From: Octopus vulgaris
Lineage: Eukaryota
Assembly (NCBI GenBank): GCA_951406725.2
Contig: OX597814.1
Span: 10,602,001-10,666,000 of the forward strand
DNA length: 64,000 nt
Direction: 5' to 3'
Within the stretch, counting starts at the first letter, position 1. Every line of letters starts with the position of its first letter. Positions 14,005-27,350 of this stretch are shown piece by piece. A model generated the notes under the pieces. That model was not told the origin of the DNA, made no database searches, and saw only the letters and a program-made list of their open reading frames with translations. The translations under genes were made by a program, and so were the position numbers.

Positions 14005-14578
14005 AAATAAAAAGGTGTTTATGGCATAGAGGCGTCGTAAGAAAATAAATTTATCTATCGCCTTAAGACTTCTTGTAGAGGTTACTTCTCATTGAAATGG
14101 ACAGAATAGTGTGAAAAATATAAAAATTACACCACGCGAAATTCTTCTAAAATTGAGCAATTTTGTATTTCTAGCCAATGGTGCTTTGCTGCTGAAGTTC
14201 ACATGTTCGACAAAATTTGATGTCATGTCTGCAATCAGTACCTCAAAATGAACATAGAATCACCACCGTGTTCAAAGTAGCTAAGGTTGCAGACAAGCGA
14301 TTTCTAGCATTGAGTGAACGTTTTAATATTAATACTTCTTCTGCAATACTATTTATTTTACAGGGTGTCCTATTTTGTAATTTTAGCCGTTTCTCTGCGT
14401 GATATTTTATCAGTTTTAACTACTTCCAATCATTTCCTTTGCTGGCCATGACCTGATTCTATGATCCCCATGTCTGTATCTCATTTACTGTTCTCCTTAG
14501 TTATTTTGCTAAATTTTCTGCTAGCGTTGGCATGTTTTACTCATAGCATATTCATTTGTATGTTATAGTTGAATATAT

Positions 14579-14974
14579 AGGCACAGGAGTGGCTGTGTGG
14601 TAAGTAGCTTGCTTACCAACCACATGGTTCCAGGTTCAGTCCCACTGCGTGGCACCTTGGGCAAGTGTCTTCTGCTATAGCCTCGGGCCGACCAAAGCCT
14701 TGTGAGTGGATTTGGTAGACGGAAACTGAAAGAAGCCCTTCGTATATATGTATATATATATATTGTGTGTGTTTGTGTGTCTGTGTTTGTCCCCCTAGCA
14801 TTGCTTGACAACCGATGCTGGTGTGTTTTTATGTCCCCGTCACTTAGCGGTTCGGCAAAAGAGACCGATAGAATAAGTACTGGGCTTACAAAGAATAAGT
14901 CCCGGGGTCAATTTGCTCGATTAAAGGTAGTGCTCCAGCATGGCCGCGGTCAAATGACTGAAACAAGTAAAAGA
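14579..14974 (+). mobile_element. SINE family A copy (near full length)
   Basis: High similarity to 1914-2324. TSD gaatatat (14571-14578 / 14975-14982). Confidence 0.9.
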
Positions 14975-15512
14975 GAATATATGAGCAATCTGTAATTTGC
15001 AAATATTTAAAAATCATTCATAGAGAGATGATCTATAATTTGACTGTAACATGACTATAGATGGTTTAATTTAACAGATCGTATCGGAACTGGACAAAAG
15101 ACTGTAGAGTCGATAATGAGTCGTTGCCACAGAAGATATGACTTCTCATGGATATAGGGCTGGTTTTAATTTCCTTTTTGCCCTGTAGTAATATGGTTGA
15201 TTTCTACTTTGACATGGCATAGCTGATGAACTCTAAGAGTAATGTGGCTGATTTGTTTACATGAAATGCTTCCTGTATGCCAAGAGAACTACTCTTCACT
15301 CTCTCTCTCCCTTTATCACGCACACGCGCGCGTGCAGACACACACATACACACACATGCACACACATATCTATATCTAATATACATGCATCCATACACAC
15401 ATGTATGTGAAGAAACATGGACAAAGGTACGCGGAAACACATACGCAAATAATATGCATGTCTGTGTTTGTGTGTGAATGTGTGTGTGCGTACATATATA
15501 TATATATATATA

Positions 15513-15632
15513 TCATGTGATCACGTGACCGACCAGACCATCAGATGTTGTTACACATCGCTGGTCACAATGCGCTTCGCATTGTTTTAGCCTTCGTATG
15601 ACGCCACCCCGCTGGCTAAGCGAGCAGGCCAA
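15513..15632 (-). mobile_element. Isolated 3' tail of the SINE B variant or its partner LINE
   Basis: Reverse complement of 22293-22412 (ttggcctgctcgcttagccagcggggtggcgtc...ggtcacgtgatcac). Confidence 0.75.
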
Positions 15633-16059
15633 TATTTATATATATATATATATGTATACATATGAATGTACACATATACACATATATATGGGTATGAAGA
15701 CAATAAGCGATATGTTAGCGGTGACAGCTGAAGAGAACCTTCGTTGCTAAAAGAAATATTACACTGCAACTGCATCACAATAAGTAACGTATTTACTTTG
15801 TCCTCTTTCAATATATTTCTCACATTACAAGGTGGTTACAAGTAACTGAATGCTTCATCTCCATAACTCGCGTCGTAAGTGTTGCAGAGCAAACAGGAGC
15901 TAATTTGCCACCACGTCTAACCTGACACTCAGAAATCCTAACAACCAGCTTTTCCGCCAAAAATTTCCAATCTTTTTCGTGAAGGACGTAATCACTTTTA
16001 CTTTTATTTTTTAGACACACCAGTTCTGCCTTGTTTCACTCTTCTCGATAGAAGTGTGT

Positions 16060-16128
<69 letters not shown>

Positions 16129-16155
16129 TGTGTGTATGTGTGTGTGTGTGTGCGT

Positions 16156-16973
16156 GAAGGTGCGTGGCTTAATGGTTAGGGTATTTGGATCATGATCATA
16201 ACTCTCGAGAGTTCGTTTTCTGGCTGATCGTTGTGTCCTTGAGCAAGACACTTTATTTCACGTTGTCCCTGTCCACTCAGCTGGTAGAAATGAGTAGTAC
16301 CTATGGAGGCCCAATGACCCAGTGGTTAGGGCAGTGGACTCGCGGTCGTAGAATCGCGGTTTCGATTCCCAGACCGGGCATTGTGAGTGTTTCTTGAACG
16401 AAAACACCTAAACTTCCACGAGGCTCCAGCAGAGGGTGGTGGCGAACCCTGCTGTACTCTTTCACCACAACTTTCTCTCACTCTTTCTTCCTGTTTCTGC
16501 TGTACCTGTATTTAAAAGGGCCAGACTTGTCACACTCTGTGTCACGCTGAATCTCCCCGAGAACTACGTTAAGGGTACACGTGTCTGTTGAGTGCTCAGC
16601 CACTTGCACGTTAATAAATGAGCTGCGACGTCACTGGTACCAAGCTGTATCGGCCTTTGCCTTTCCCTTGGATAACATCGGTGGCATGGAGAGGGGTGGT
16701 TGGTACGCGTGGGCGACTGCTGGTCTTCCATAAACAACCTTGTCCAGACTTGTGCCTCGGAGGATAACTTTCTAGGTGCAATCCCATGGTCATTCCTGAC
16801 CGAAGGTGGGTCCCATTCACAACCTGTAATTCAAAGGGCCAGACTTGTCACATCCTGTTTCAAATTGAATCTCCTTGAGAACTACGTTAAGGATATGCAT
16901 GTATATGTGGAGTGCTTAGTCACTTGCACGTTAATTTCACAGCTGGAATATTTATCATCGTAACTGACGGTGT
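16156..16973 (+). mobile_element. SINE family C interrupted by a chimeric SINE
   Basis: Head 16156-16302 (GTGGCTTAATGG...GTGTCCTTGAGCAAGACAC...GAAATGAGTAGTACCT). The tail resumes at 16826 (GTAATTCAAAGGGCC...). Confidence 0.7.
16303..16821 (+). mobile_element. Chimeric SINE: B head, C-type tail, then D-type tail
   Basis: GGAGGCCCAATGACCCAGTGG head as at 22111. 16502-16614 matches 16822-16934, and 16616-16812 matches 28494-28672. ACCT is duplicated at the junctions. Confidence 0.7.
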
Positions 16974-17667
16974 GTAAGAAAATGGGAGATCCAATTTTTA
17001 TGCCTTTCCAAAAAACGTTAATAATGGAAGTTGTTTAAGCCTCGTGCAACTCTGACTGAGCAGACCTGAAAAACGAAGGTGATCCAGAGGTCATCAGCAT
17101 GTCTCTTCTTTTCTTTCTATAATTGTTCTAAGATTAGATTGCTCAGTGTCTTACCGATTTTTATGATGAAAGAGTATGTTATGGGAGAGATTTTGCTACT
17201 GTTTCAGGCAACGAAGTAGACCCAGTAAATTAGTCTCGTTGACTCGCGTAAAGTAAAAGGGTTTTAAATAAAAGATGAAAATTACGTAAATGTTACTGGT
17301 TATTAGATTTTACCTATTGATATCCAGGCAACACCAACTAAAAATATTAATTTCATGAACTTGAGGGAGAAACTTGATCAATAGAATGCATTCCAATGCA
17401 TGATGAGTTCACAGTTGGGTGACCCATAGATGGATGAATGTTAAGAGTAAATCTCATCACATTTTGAACTCTGAACATTAATTGTCCTTCATAAATGTAT
17501 ACTAGACATGCCATTTAGTTCGGTGATCCACCGTTTATGCTATTTATTGGTAATGGAACTAGAGGATTTCATGACATTCTATAAACAGCAGCTAAATCTT
17601 CTTCAAATTCCATGACACTGTGCTTTTAAAATATGGATACAGTCGATAACTTACAGCAGAGCATATA

Positions 17668-18059
17668 TCTTTATATATAAAAGAGAGGTTGTGTGCTGTC
17701 TGTCTCCTATGATTTAGATTCCTAACTACTCACACATTTTGCGGTCCAGTTTAACCAAAACTGGGTATCTTATAGTCGTGATTCATATCGAGCCCTTCTG
17801 GGTATTAGCGCGCGTCTACGATGAGTCTACGATTTAAAAAAATTTACCATCAATTTTTCCCATTTTTAATGCATTTTTGGCATATATAAGGGAAGTAACT
17901 CTCTAAAAATGTATTATTAAATCTCAGAACGTAAAAAGCTACAGTAACACCCCCTTTGTGGTTAGCCATATTGAGATGGCTATTATACTTTACATCTCTA
18001 AAAATGATTATATAGTTATTTCCCTTACAAACCCGAGCAACGCCGGGCGATACTGCTAG
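17668..18059 (+). mobile_element. Non-autonomous Helitron (392 bp)
   Basis: A|TC start, CTAG|T end, subterminal hairpin cccgagcaacgccggg (18032-18047), no TSD. Confidence 0.8.
17912..17994. mobile_element. Miniature family F foldback insert inside the Helitron
   Basis: 12-bp direct repeat tctctaaaaatg (17900-17911 / 17995-18006). The left part resembles 57300-57317 and the right part resembles 57648-57707. Confidence 0.7.
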
Positions 18060-18299
18060 TATATTATAACAGAACAAAAACACACGGAAAAAAGCAGCCT
18101 TTGACCACTGCTGTGCATGAACAGCACTTAAATGGAGTGAAACGTCATAAGAAATTTTACGCACAAATCTTGAATAACCCGAGAAAATTAACCGATATTT
18201 GCGACTACTAGACAGAGGACTAACGATCAGGTCGTCAATTCAAAGGACAGAGAATTCATCAGTGCAAAACAAATTTCACAAACAAGAATACACACATAT

Positions 18300-18863
<564 letters not shown>

Positions 18864-19549
18864 ATATGCGTACCAGAATCACAAGAATAAGTTATCTGAA
18901 GTGAAATTAACTAATTCTGAGAGTTATTTGATGTAGCTATGCATAAATTCGTTGTAAAGTCGTTAAGTGGAAAAAGTGAGTTTGATGAGATCTGTTTACA
19001 CACAGGTGTTACCTTCATAGATTTCATGTGCATATGCACAGATGCTTTGATTTCGTTTAAATCGATTAAATCTGCAAAAAAAAAAAAAGATCTTTATCTA
19101 TCCCGGTTTATTTTTCAGTGTAACACATTGAATTGGGGTCAATGACACCAGATTGCTTACGAGTACTACGCGCGACTAACATATAGCTGAATAGCCTGTT
19201 ACAAAGTCAGGTATCAACAGGTAAACAAGCAGTACTCCTAAAGCTACTTGGTGAAGTGGATGATTTTTGGACACCTTTGAAGATTAAAAACAAAAAAAAT
19301 GTTAAGGAACATAGGCTAGCCAATGGTCAACCAGTAGTGAATAGATTTTCACGTTTAAGATGTATGCGTAAAATGAATTTTCGGCAGATCACACACGAGA
19401 AATTTATCGATGATGATCAAGATGCATACTATCTTATAGTCATTTTACTGATCCTCTACTATACCACCTGTTGGCTCGGTCACCTTGCCACCGTTCCAGG
19501 AAATCGGAAACGATAGAATGTGTTTGGTCAAGCAGCGCAGCCTTCTCAT

Positions 19550-19748
19550 TCTTTTCTACTCTAAGCACAAGGCCCTAAATTTTCGATTAGATTGATCCAA
19601 TACGCTACTGGTACTTAATTTATCGACCCCGAAAGGATGAATGGCAAAGTCGACCTCGGCGGAATTTGAACTCAGAGCGTAAATACAGACGAAATACTGC
19701 TAAGCATTTCACCTGGCGTACTAACGTTTTTGCCAGCTCGCCACCTTT
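19550..19748 (-). mobile_element. SINE family E copy (alternative tail)
   Basis: ggtacttaatttatcgaccccgaaaggatg...gtcgacctcggcggaatttgaactc...gccagctcgcc. Confidence 0.8.
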
Positions 19749-20342
19749 CAAGGCTGGAATATGTTGTCATGTATTCTTTAATATAATAATGTATTCGTTA
19801 ATATAACACGTGTCATAAGTCTCTGCTTACGTTCCGGGTTCAAATTCCGCCGAGGTCGAACTGGCGTCCATATAATCGATTGAGCCCAAATTAGAAACCA
19901 ATATAAGATATGTTCCGAATTCCCTCTCCTGTTTCTCCACATGCAGCGGTTTCGCTATTACTTTCTGTTGCATAAAAATTAAAATAGTTTCGTCCATTTC
20001 TCTCATACTAAAATAAAGTACATACTTATCCTGTTACGTATCTTTAGAATATGCAACTACACGGCGTGTATTCGTTCAAATTTGAATTCATTGTTACTTA
20101 GATTACGATCTATTAAACCTTTTTCTAAACAACATTTTGATGTAAACTTTCGGTAAATCATAAATGTATAAACGCCCTTTTAAAAATTATTCGTACATTG
20201 ACCTATTTGTATACAGAATATTCAGAAATATGGTATTTTTACACATCTACATCTTTTCCTAAGTTTTAAATGAATTACATGTTTACGCAGAGACACACAC
20301 ACACACACACACATACGAAAAAACACACACACACACATACGA

Positions 20343-20380
<38 letters not shown>

Positions 20381-20381
<1 letters not shown>

Positions 20382-20579
20382 GGCGCAGGCGTGGCTGTGT
20401 GGTAAGAAGTTTGCTTCCTAACCATATGGTTCCGGGTTCAGTCCCACTGCTTGACTGCTTGGCACCTTGGGCAAATGTCTTCTACTATAGCCTCGGGCCG
20501 ACAAAAGCCTTGTGAATGGATTTGGTAGACAGAAACTGAAAGAAGCACGTCATATATATATATATATATATATATATAC

Positions 20580-20612
<33 letters not shown>

Positions 20613-20835
20613 TGTGTGTGTGTGTGTTTGTACCTGTGTTTGTCCCTCCACCATCATTTGACAACCAATGCTGGTGTGTTTATGTACCCCGTATCTTAGC
20701 GGTTCGTCCAAAATAACCGATAGAATAAGTACTAGGATTACAAAGAATCAGACCTGGGGTCGGTTTGTTCGACTAAAGGCGGTGCTCCAGCATGGCTGCA
20801 GTCAAATGACTGAAACAAGTAAAAGAATAAAAAGA
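20381..20835 (+). mobile_element. SINE family A copy
   Basis: Same head, internal (TA)n(TG)n and tail as 1914-2324. Confidence 0.9.
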
Positions 20836-20851
20836 AAATATATATACATAC

Positions 20852-20906
<55 letters not shown>

Positions 20907-21038
20907 GTATGTGTATATATGTACATGCATATATACATACGTCTATGATTTCATGAGTAAACACACACATATGTACGATAGTGTTCTGTATGTCAATATT
21001 TTTGTGTATTTGATCTATACACATGCAATCATACATTT

Positions 21039-21137
<99 letters not shown>

Positions 21138-21515
21138 ATGATTGCGTGTGTTCATCTTTGTGAGTCTATTCGTATAGGGATGTGTCTATGAGTAAGCTAA
21201 TATATTTGCGTTAGTGGATTTATCTGTGTATGTGTGTGTGTGTTTGTGTGTGCATGTGATTATGATACATATTAATAATATATTTTGTTGACTTTGTACA
21301 ATTGGCTGCTGCTGATACTGTTGTTGGCGTTCTTATTTCTTCTTTTTCTTGTCGAAAGTTTACGATAAGCTTGCTTAAGGATTTAAAGATAGGATTAAAA
21401 TAAAAGCACCAATAAAAACAAAACAAAAAAAAAAGGAGATACACGAATGTTGAAAATGTTTAAGAAGTGCGTACTGTTGGCACAAAATTCCTACAACTCC
21501 TATTAGTGAGGAACT

Positions 21516-21551
<36 letters not shown>

Positions 21552-21972
21552 AAGAGGTTGAGGGAGGAGTAGTAAGAGCTTGAAACAATACTGTTTACAT
21601 GAGTGGCTTGGGTGGTTCTATAAGTTAATTGGGGAAATTTTTTGTTTGTTTGACTTTAAAAAAAAAAAAATTTCTTTGTGTATTCTTAGATGACGAATCG
21701 GTAAATTGAAATGGCCTCAGAAATCAGGTTTATTGCTTGTTTATTTACTCCATGTCCCTAATCTCTCACTTTCTCTGTCTGTGTGTCTGTCCGCCTGCTC
21801 TCTCTCTCTCTCTCTCTCTTTGTCTATCTCTCTCTGTTTATCTGTCTGTCTGTCTCTCTCTCTCTCTGTCTCTCTGCCTCTGTCTTTCTTATACTCTTTC
21901 TCTGCATTCTTGCATTCACGCTACCAACTTACCTACCTATGTATATATGTATGTATGTATTGCTATGTTTAT

Positions 21973-22107
<135 letters not shown>

Positions 22108-22110
22108 CGT

Positions 22111-22412
22111 GGAGGCGCAATGGCCCAGTGGTTAGGGCAGCGGACTCGCGGTCGGAGGATCGCGGTTTCGATTCCCAGACCGGGCGTTGTGTGTGTTTAT
22201 TGAGCGAAAACACCTAAAAGCTCCACGATGCTCCGGCAGGGTGGGGTGATCCCTGCTGTAGTCTTTCACCACTCTTTCTCCCACTTTCTTCTGTTGGCCT
22301 GCTCGCTTAGCCAGCGGGGTGGCGTCGTTCGAAGACTAAAACAATGCGAACGCATTGTGACCAGCGATGTGTAGCAGCATCTGATTGTCTGGTCGGTCAC
22401 GTGATCACGTGA
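22111..22412 (+). mobile_element. tRNA-derived SINE, family B
   Basis: A box TGGCCCAGTGG, B-box-like GTTTCGATTCC, tail ending (CACGTGAT)2. Sits between (TA)n tracts. Confidence 0.85.
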
Positions 22413-22452
22413 TATATATACATACATGTGTATATATAAATATATAAATAAA

Positions 22453-22535
<83 letters not shown>

Positions 22536-22881
22536 CTACACGAGTTAGACGTTGAGAAACCCTCTAAGGGATAATAAATATCCACTATACTATTGGATGT
22601 ATACCTACGTATTTATATCCAAGTGCTTAATATTGCAGGACAGTATCGCAATTGAATTATAGATAAGAGTGGGGGCAAATCATAAGTTTACCCAGAATTT
22701 ATAAGTCAAATAGGAAAATGGAGAGGATAATCAATCGACAAACATCAGTCTGTAAACATTCATTTGGATCCATTTATTAATTAATTACAATCATATGCAT
22801 AAATAAACGGAATAAATAAACAAATATACAAGTAAATAGATAATTAATTAAAAATAAATAAATGAATAAGAATAAATGAGT

Positions 22882-22964
22882 GAAAAATTACTAAACTATT
22901 ACAACTGTTGCAACTGAAAAATACTAAACTCTTACAACTGAAAAAATACTAAACTCTTACAACT
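22882..22964. repeat. About 26-bp minisatellite, 3 imperfect units
   Basis: aaaaatactaaactcttacaactg repeated. Confidence 0.7.
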
Positions 22965-23248
22965 TACTACTTTGGGGTTGTCCAACTCATCTATTCTTAT
23001 TTATTTATTTTATTTATTTATTTACGTGTTATGTCATAATGTTTTTTTTTTCTTTCAGTTGCAAGTCTCTCATTTAACTAACACTGAAGATTGCTGGTGG
23101 ATAAAATGTTTGTCACTTGGCTGGCTAAAAATGGAAGTCAAACTGCGCTCATGTTATACAATTCTCAAACTCAGTCAACCACTCGCTCCCTCACTCATTC
23201 AATCATTCAATCTCTCTCTCTCTCTTTCTCTCTCATTCAATCATTCAA

Positions 23249-23302
<54 letters not shown>

Positions 23303-24053
23303 TTTCTATTTCTCTTCATGTAGCATGCCTACAGGCGTCAACCTATCATGGACGTCTATGTCAGAGATTACAATTCCTGATTTTCTTTGAGAAATCTATG
23401 AGTAGTTTCGTTTCCCCGGCTCTTTTGGGACATACTTGGAAGTCTCTTGCTCTTACCGGTTTGTCTTTTTGGAGCATTTAACCTTCGGGCAGGGCGACGG
23501 GTTCCTGTGACGTTAGGGTGTATCTTACACACCAGTCGACTTGTGTGACACATATCTCGGGATCGACCCTCACACTATACTGCCGTTTAAAATTAAAGGC
23601 AACTTTAGATAATCAACTCTTAAATACGTGAATAATCATGGCTGGAATGCCCTTCATCATAGTTTGTTGCATCAGGCTTGATCTGAATCGAAATACTTTT
23701 TCCCTCTGTTGGTATCACTGGGTGGACAATTGTCCCATCTTGTAAAACCTGTTACTTTTATTGTTTCAGATGTTTTGTTGTTTTGCACCGGCTTTAGCAT
23801 TGACGGACGAGTTACAATGATCAAAACCCTTTCAACTATGTCAGCCCATTTGTTAGTTTCTCACATGTACCTACGACTACGTTATCCGATATAAATTCTC
23901 TTTCCCGAACTTAGGAGTGCGATTTACGGAAAATTTGTCTGCTGACTTCATAATATGTGACTAATTGTCACATATTATTTTACAGATAAATTTCCTCTAT
24001 TTACATAACATTGAGGTCTCTTTCTTTCTTTCGTTATCTTACCGTTTTTACCA

Positions 24054-24092
<39 letters not shown>

Positions 24093-24116
24093 CATCCAAA
24101 TATATATATATATATG

Positions 24117-24216
<100 letters not shown>

Positions 24217-25342
24217 TATGAATAGCAAATCCCTGGTACAGTATTATATATTTGAAAAGAATGAATTGAAATGGCTTTCCTGATAATTTTTTCCATTTTA
24301 ATAATTAAATGTCCGTAACTTTACAAAAGGTTACTCTAATAGTTTCTCACTTAAAATCGGTTATCATTAAGTAACTCTAAAGTTTGTATGTATGTATGCA
24401 TGCATGTACATTTATAGCTGAATAAAATTTGCATAAAATCCTTGTTATATACTATTCAAAGCTCATCCACAGTTATTGGCTACCTGATGTTATCATACAG
24501 TGGGAATACTCATGTTACTGAATATACAGCATGAACTCCATATTATCCATTGTGCTTATATAAATAGATAAATAAGAGAAAATAGATTAAACGACATTTC
24601 GTATTTCAAATTTCTACAATTGTACAATTAAACGCTTAATTTTATCCTTCATTCTTCTCTTTTTCTTTCCTTATAATCTGACGATGAAGATAGAGTTGCA
24701 ATTTATAGTCAACTTGACAGGGAAGCTTCTTTTTTATGCTTGTTTCTTTGGTTCTGTATTTCGAATTTTGATTATACTTGTGTTTTGACTGTCACGATAT
24801 CTATGGATTTAATTTTATCTGCAAATTGCAGAAAATAACACATTGCTTTGGGTATTCATTGTTGTACAGCGTGAAATGACAGTATGATGGATAATAGGAA
24901 TTACACGATATATTAATTGCATCATCTCACTAATGTCTATGGGTGTTACGATGTGTGGAAACAATTGCAGTGATTTGATGTAATGCTGTTCGATCATATC
25001 TCTCTTATTCATCTCTGTGTATATATACTTATATATATTTACAGGGGGTCATACAGTGACCAATGATTACGCATTCATAAAGCGCTTATCCTTATAGATG
25101 ACACGTCAGACCCCAATGGCCGCGGACCTATAACCTCTCTTCAAACTGGTCACTCTATGAACGGCTGTATAGTTAACCACCAGTAATACATTATTGTTTT
25201 AACTTTTAGTGTGTGCTTCTTTTTCGGATATATAACCCATTATCGACAATATATATATATATATATTCGTTTATATGTTTCAGCCCAAAGGATGTGCCCA
25301 TTTTGGGGCACCGGCATACACACACGCACTCACACATATACC

Positions 25343-25497
25343 TGCTCAAGAGATTTGAACTCGAGCAGATAGAGGAGTAAATGTAAGGACAAGCAAGTTA
25401 GTCAAGTCGATAACCAAAAATATTAAATATATTTGATATTTTAAAAAGATGTACATATTTCGCATAACCGTAGCTATGAGCTGAAACTACAGCACAA

Positions 25498-25565
<68 letters not shown>

Positions 25566-25779
25566 TCCGACTTACACAGAATGGAAATGATAACAGGAAT
25601 TAAGGTAGTTGAGTAGGAGTTTTACGAGTCCAACAGTTCATTTCTGATATCGTTTCCATTCTGTGTAAGACGGACTTCTTTTATATGTGCATTATTTATA
25701 TTAAATGTATATTGATTTGACTAACTTGCTTGTCCTTACATTTACTCCCCTACCTGCTCAAGTTCAAATCTCTTGAGCA
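25343..25779. repeat. Nested inverted repeats (foldback element)
   Basis: Outer arms 25343-25412 / 25710-25779; inner arms 25566-25600 / 25640-25674. Confidence 0.85.
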
Positions 25780-25833
25780 CCGCGAAGTGTATTCTGTATA
25801 GAGAATAACTGTTTCTAATCTCTCCCTGTGTAT

Positions 25834-25909
<76 letters not shown>

Positions 25910-26284
25910 CTCGAATTTGCTTAACAAAAATACAAGAGGACATCTATAAACCATCATTGATAAAGTGTTTGCAAATCAAGTACCCAACATACACTTTTAG
26001 CTTCATAGCAATTATTATTGGAGCAACAAGATAAATGCCAACACGTCTGGAACAAAATATGACTGACCTTGGTATCTTCTAGTATGGAAGCAAATCCTTA
26101 ATTCATACGCGACAAACGATCACGATATCTGGGATAGTAAAAACATGTAAGACCTTCTTAAGATTTAAAGGATGACAGTTGAAACAAGATGCTTACTTTA
26201 ACAACTTTGCTACCAAGGAGGTCGTCGGTCGAAATTTACTGAAATTAAAACATCAAAAAGAGAAAGAGAAGAATATACATACAT

Positions 26285-26326
<42 letters not shown>

Positions 26327-26666
26327 GTGTGTGTGTGTATTTAAGTGTCAAATTCGAGGTTAGTACTTCAACGTATTTTTAACAATATGAAAAACCCATT
26401 AACTGAGAAGGTGCGATCAATTCTGAGAATAGATTGAAATATATTGTGCAAATTCGTGTTGGGTAGAGTTCTAAGTTTCTTCTAACGGCATATTAATCAC
26501 AAGTTAAGTGAAATGTCTGGCAAAATTTACCGTGTTACTCAACACGGATTTTACAATCTATCTATCTGTCCTTTTTGTATCACCTAGTTGTCCGGGTGTT
26601 TTGCGTTCTTGTCCCATTTTATATTTTATGTTTTTTATATACATACATATATATATATATATATAT

Positions 26667-26936
26667 AACTAAAAATAAGGGTATCTGAGACACCACCATG
26701 CCAAAATAGCAGTCAAATCCCTGACTATAAAGACCACCTTAAATGTTCATATCGCCCCATGAGATAAGACAGAGGGACAAAATAGACTAACCAAAAGATA
26801 TTAGACTAGAAAAATGTCTATTTTGTCCCTCTGTCTTATCTCATGGTGCGATATGAACATTTAAGGTGGTCTTTAGAGTCAGGGATTTGACTGCTATTTC
26901 GGCATGGTGGTGTCTCAGACACCCTTATGTTTAGTT
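26667..26936. repeat. 121-bp inverted repeat with 28-nt spacer
   Basis: 26667-26787 is the reverse complement of 26816-26936 with 5 mismatches by hand count. Begins directly after (TA)n. Confidence 0.9.
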
Positions 26937-27350
26937 GTAAAAAATTATTACCTTTGTATGGTATTTTTTCTCATGGCGGCCACTTGATAATATCGATATA
27001 GGCTTTTTTGTTGTATATATATTAGTTTTTTATTATTAATTGTTGTCTTCGTCTTTTCGTTTGGCACTAAGCCTTTATTCTGCTTACTGTTTAGTCCCTC
27101 GTCCGGCTACTGACAGCCTCGTTTCGTTAGGTTTTGGTTCAATTCCCGGCAAGTTTCTTACCAGTGCCGCCAGGGTGGAAGCAGTCTTATCGACAATGGC
27201 TGAAATAGCATTGGCCGATAACTGATGAGGAGTTGGTGACCTCCTGTGCTTTCTGTTCGTCTATGTGTGTATATATATATATGTGTGTTTATATATATGT
27301 GTGTATATATATATGTGTGTATATATAATTATGTATGTATATATATATAT

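Noticed and set aside
17030-17245. Old dispersed repeat (gagcagacct...gagattt.gct.ct.tttc), also near 23560, 36745 and 38855
   Set aside because: Similarity is visible but too decayed to set boundaries or class by eye.
22111-22185. tRNA gene (also at 16305, 35215 and 1620)
   Set aside because: A and B boxes are present but there is no proper acceptor stem, and each continues into a SINE body.
23042-23160. Possible exon after the acceptor ttttttttctttcag at 23058
   Set aside because: No clear donor site and no recognisable protein; it cannot be supported without RNA data.
27104-27245. Hammerhead-like CGGCTA-CTGAC-AGCC...GGCT-GAAA..TGGCCG and the nearby CTGATGA-GGAG/CTCC
   Set aside because: The first lacks G8/A9 and a clean UH site; the second lacks GAAA. 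Too degenerate to call.
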